Assembly (NCBI GenBank): GCA_031409275.1
Contig: JANNXA010000045.1
Coordinates: 1-64,000 of the forward strand
Direction: 5' to 3'
Origin: Planctomycetota bacterium
Lineage (GTDB): Bacteria; Planctomycetota; B15-G4; SIAN01
DNA: 64,000 nucleotides
Below the pieces are notes generated by a model, which was not told where the DNA came from, did not search any database, and saw only the letters and a program-made list of their open reading frames with translations. Position numbers and translations under genes: made by a program. Shown here one piece after another: positions 60,777-64,000 of this stretch (within the stretch, counting starts at the first letter, position 1; every line of letters starts with the position of its first letter).

Positions 60777-61253
60777 TCAGCGCAGCGGCCCCCACGTGCG
60801 AGCGGCATTCAACGCCGCGGCGCACAGGCCAATCGACACGAAGCGCGCCACCGCCGGCCAGAAACGGCCGGGTCCGCGCACCCCCCACCACAAGCTCAGC
60901 ACGCCGACGCCGCCGAGCAGATCGACGCAGACGTCGAACGCGTCGGGTGTTCGGCCGGGAGTCCATGACTGATGCCACTCGTCGACGATCCCGTAGGTCA
61001 CCGTCAGCACCAGCACGCCGATCAGCGCGTCGCGTGACCAGCCGCCCGCGCGCCGGCAGCTCTCGGCCAGCAGCAGCGCCAGCGCACCGAACAGGAAGAA
61101 GTGCAGCGAATTGGAGACGAAGCCCCAGAACTGCCCGCCGATGCCCGGGAAGCTCTGCGACGAGAGCCACCAGATCCAACCAGCGTGGATCGGGACGGCA
61201 ACGGCCGCGACGATTCGAATCGCGCGGTCAGCGCCGCTTGACGAGCCGGACAC
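60777..61253 (-). CDS. VanZ-family membrane protein
   Basis: SSQ, H...FG.L, YGIVDEWHQS.TPGR..D..D...D..G. Confidence 0.88.
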   Translation of the reverse strand: MSGSSSGADRAIRIVAAVAVPIHAGWIWWLSSQSFPGIGGQFWGFVSNSLHFFLFGALALLLAESCRRAGGWSRDALIGVLVLTVTYGIVDEWHQSWTPGRTPDAFDVCVDLLGGVGVLSLWWGVRGPGRFWPAVARFVSIGLCAAALNAARTWGPLR

Positions 61254-61662
61254 GCGTGCCGCCCCCTTCGCGCGCTTCGAAGCGCACTTCGTCCATGGTG
61301 GCGTGGATCAGGAACAGGCCGCGCCCCGATTCGGCGTCCTCGTCCGGGAGGTGTGCCTCCGTACGCGAGTGGCCGGCGCGCGGCCGGAACGTGCCGCGAT
61401 CGAGCACGTCGAAGACGAGGCGATCCTCGTGGATGGCGACCTTGAGCTCGATCGCCTGCTGCTGCGCCGCGGCGCCGCCGTGAAAGCAGGCGTTCATCAC
61501 GACCTCGTCAAGACCGAGCAGGACCGCCTCGACCTTGTCGTCCGTGAATCCGTGGTCATGGAGCAGGGAACGGATCTGGCCGCGCACCAGTCGGACCGCC
61601 GCCTCGACCGGTCCGATCCGGAAGTCGATGGCAAGGAGTGCGGGCGCGTCAGGCGAATCCAC
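61228..61662 (-). CDS. RsbW/SpoIIAB-like anti-sigma factor kinase (HATPase_c_2)
   Basis: DEVVMNA..HG, V.DRG.F, ESGRGLFLI...MDEV, GT.V.L.K. Confidence 0.88.
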   Translation of the reverse strand: MDSPDAPALLAIDFRIGPVEAAVRLVRGQIRSLLHDHGFTDDKVEAVLLGLDEVVMNACFHGGAAAQQQAIELKVAIHEDRLVFDVLDRGTFRPRAGHSRTEAHLPDEDAESGRGLFLIHATMDEVRFEAREGGGTRVRLVKRR

Positions 61663-61712
61663 ACCGGGACGTTAGAGCCTGCCACCAAGAGGGACAAGGC
61701 GCGCCATGACCG

Positions 61713-62606
61713 TCACCGATCGAGGCCCGCTCCCGCGAAGACCAGAGAGAGGTCGAGTGCCGGCGCCGAGTGGGTCAGCGCGCCGATCGACAGCCGCTCG
61801 ACGCCTGCCTCGGCGTAGGCGCGGACGTTTCCCAGATGGAGGCCGCCCGACGCCTCGAGGCCGACCTGAGCGCGCGTGAAACGGCGGCGAATGCGCCGCA
61901 CCGCCTCGGCGACCTCTGCGGGCGAAAAGTTATCGAGCAGGATCAAGTCGGCACCGGCAGCTGCCGCACGCTCCGCCTCGTCGCAATCGAACACCTCGAC
62001 CTGCACCTTCATCCCGGCCGGCGCGTGGTGGCGTGCGGCCGCGATCGACTCCTCGAGCGGTCGCCGTCCCGCCGGCCATGGCCTCGCATAGGCGAGGTGG
62101 TTGCTCTTGATCAGGACCTGGTCCCACAGCCCATGGCGATGGTTGATACCGCCTCCAGCCGCGACCGCCCGCTTCGCGAACCAACGCAATCCCGGCAAGG
62201 TCTTGCGCGTGTCGAGGATCGCGGCACCCGTGCCAGCGACGGCGGCCACGTAGCGCGCGGTCTGCGTCGCGATGCCTGAGAGGTGCTGCAACAGGTTCAA
62301 CAGCGTGCGCTCCGCGGCCAGCAGCGCGCGCGCGTTGGCGGCCAGCGTGCCGACCGCCTGACCGGCGACGATCGCGCTGCCATCGGCGAGTGGCGCATCG
62401 AGACGCGCGTTTGGATCGAGCAGTCGCACCACCCGCTCGGCGAGATCGACGCCGCAGATGACGCCTGGCGCCTTGGCGGTCAGCGTCGCTTCGATCGAAG
62501 CTTCGCGCGGCACGAAGCAGTCGGCCGTGACGTCACCGGAACCGAGATCCTCGGCGAGGAAGCGGCGCAGGATCGAATCGAGATCGGCGGGCGGTGGGAG
62601 GCTCAT
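61713..62606 (-). CDS. nadC: Nicotinate-nucleotide pyrophosphorylase (carboxylating)
   Basis: EDLG.GDVT, ERT.LN, DTRKT.PG, NHR.GL, LLDN, EASGG, SIGALTHSA. Confidence 0.96.
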   Translation of the reverse strand: MSLPPPADLDSILRRFLAEDLGSGDVTADCFVPREASIEATLTAKAPGVICGVDLAERVVRLLDPNARLDAPLADGSAIVAGQAVGTLAANARALLAAERTLLNLLQHLSGIATQTARYVAAVAGTGAAILDTRKTLPGLRWFAKRAVAAGGGINHRHGLWDQVLIKSNHLAYARPWPAGRRPLEESIAAARHHAPAGMKVQVEVFDCDEAERAAAAGADLILLDNFSPAEVAEAVRRIRRRFTRAQVGLEASGGLHLGNVRAYAEAGVERLSIGALTHSAPALDLSLVFAGAGLDR

Positions 62607-62612
62607 TGGGGC

Positions 62613-62963
62613 TCAGCGCGCGAAGGTGACGAGCCCCTCCAATGCCGTCGCCACGCGCGGGCCGATGCCGTCGACGCGAGCGCACAGCTCCGCGAAATCG
62701 GCGAACGGGCCGCCCGCAGCACGCGCGTCGACGATGCGACGTGCCAGCACGGGGCCGATGCCAGGAAGGCGTTCGAGCGCTCCGACATCGTCATGATTCA
62801 AGTCGACGATCGCGGCCGCCGCCACTGCGGAGTAGCTCGCCGTGATCTGATGCGTCTGCAACCGGGCAAGTCCGACCGCCGCCAGCAGCAGACCGACGAC
62901 GGCGAATCCGGTTCGTCCACGTGACGCGACGGCGGCGTCGGTCGGGTCGCCGGCCACGTTCAT
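62613..62963 (-). CDS. comEA: ComEA-like helix-hairpin-helix DNA-binding protein
   Basis: TM segment, VDLN....L.RLPGIGP.LA.RIV..R...GPF....L..V.GIG. Confidence 0.82.
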   Translation of the reverse strand: MNVAGDPTDAAVASRGRTGFAVVGLLLAAVGLARLQTHQITASYSAVAAAAIVDLNHDDVGALERLPGIGPVLARRIVDARAAGGPFADFAELCARVDGIGPRVATALEGLVTFAR

Positions 62964-63904
62964 CGAGCCGCAGTGGTCTGGGTGCTGCGCAACGCGCTCG
63001 CACGCTGGCGATTGCGGGTGAAGTAGAGGCGGACGACTTCGTCGACGATGGCGTGGAGAGCGCCGCGATCCTGGAGCGGCCGCGGCGAGTCGTCTCCGTC
63101 TCCAAGGCGCGCCGTCAGCGTCGTGCCGTCGAGTTCGAGCGCGACCAGCGTCTCGTCATGGAAGAGGAAGCGCGTCGAACTACCGGCCACCGCGACCTCG
63201 ATCTCATCGCTGATGCGCAGGATCTTGCGCTTGAGCTCTCCGGCGAGGTCGACGTCTGGATCGACCGCCGCGACTGCTGCCGGAGGGCGGGTCGCCAACG
63301 CGCGAGCAGGGGTGCCGTTCGAGTACGCCGGCTCGTTCCCGTGCGTCGCGTTGCCGTTGACGCCGTTGACCCCGGCCTTGCCGCGGCGCGCACGACGTTC
63401 GATGAGCGGATCGACGGGCGAGTCCGAAGCCGGAGGAGCGTCGCGACGCGGCTCCCCTCCGGCGCGGACCACCACCAAGCGGTGCTTGCCCTCCTCGGAA
63501 AGGAGTCGCGCTTCGAAGAGTTCGATCGACATCGTCGAAAGCTCTTCGCGCGCGCCGAGCAGCGCATCGGTGAAGCGCGACGCCACGAGCAGCACCCGCG
63601 GGGGTCGCTCGAACGTCACGCCTGCCGGCTGGAACAGACGCTCCAACAGGCTCCGCATCCGACGCACTTCAGCGGCAACGAACCACGCCCGACCGAGCAG
63701 TGCCGCGTCTCCTGCGCTCCCCTCCCCGAGAGCGATGACGGGGCGTGCGCTGGCGTCCTGCAACCACAGGTCGACGAAAAGCTCCGGGGTGAGCCGGAAC
63801 CCTTGGTCGAGCAGACGCATTCCCCGCTCGAGATCTTGCGGCCTCTCCGCGAGCGCCCGCATCAACGCGGACATCTCCGGGGCCTGCGACTCGGTTTGGA
63901 GCAT
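62960..63904 (-). CDS. Hypothetical protein with a degenerate NucS/PD-(D/E)xK-like N-terminus
   Basis: GAGGGG RBS; LERGMRLLD...VDL...D...RPV and PRVLLVA..F pattern; ATGA coupling to the comEA-like gene. Confidence 0.55.
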   Translation of the reverse strand: MLQTESQAPEMSALMRALAERPQDLERGMRLLDQGFRLTPELFVDLWLQDASARPVIALGEGSAGDAALLGRAWFVAAEVRRMRSLLERLFQPAGVTFERPPRVLLVASRFTDALLGAREELSTMSIELFEARLLSEEGKHRLVVVRAGGEPRRDAPPASDSPVDPLIERRARRGKAGVNGVNGNATHGNEPAYSNGTPARALATRPPAAVAAVDPDVDLAGELKRKILRISDEIEVAVAGSSTRFLFHDETLVALELDGTTLTARLGDGDDSPRPLQDRGALHAIVDEVVRLYFTRNRQRASALRSTQTTAAR

Positions 63905-64000
63905 GGTCGCGGCCCCTCCCCCTCAAGGACGGCGCACAGCAGTTCCACGGATGCGAGACCGATGCGCGCCTGCACCGCCACTTTCCACGGATGCGGCAGA

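Overview
High-GC bacterial chromosomal window, most likely Planctomycetota. This is inferred from a PVC-type CxxCH/ThuA protein, a CRTAC1/ASPIC-UnbV protein, a redoxin-heme-Cu-monooxygenase fusion and TPR Ser/Thr kinases. It holds about 45 genes, one tRNA-Gly(GCC) and no integrase, prophage or CRISPR. Housekeeping genes are purB, nadC, thiD, sppA, an L-rhamnose isomerase and a comEA-like gene. The main points of interest are: (i) an operon of KamA lysine 2,3-aminomutase, two non-canonical Ddl-like ATP-grasp ligases, a GNAT and a Cys-cluster protein, behind a ~550-nt structured leader; (ii) a sigma54 module in which a 1627-aa Ser/Thr kinase-TPR-GAF-AAA+-HTH activator lies between two -24/-12 promoters, both preceded by a GTCCA-N5-TGGAC-type palindrome; (iii) an exported double-PDZ protein with Cys-rich metallothionein-like repeats; (iv) an in-frame TGA at the expected Trp of the CRTAC1 gene; (v) a 162-bp MITE-like element; and (vi) porin-PBP-histidine kinase, glycan-modification and minor-pilin cassettes. 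All family calls come from reading motifs by eye; no database search was run. Many start codons were trimmed relative to the supplied ORF track.
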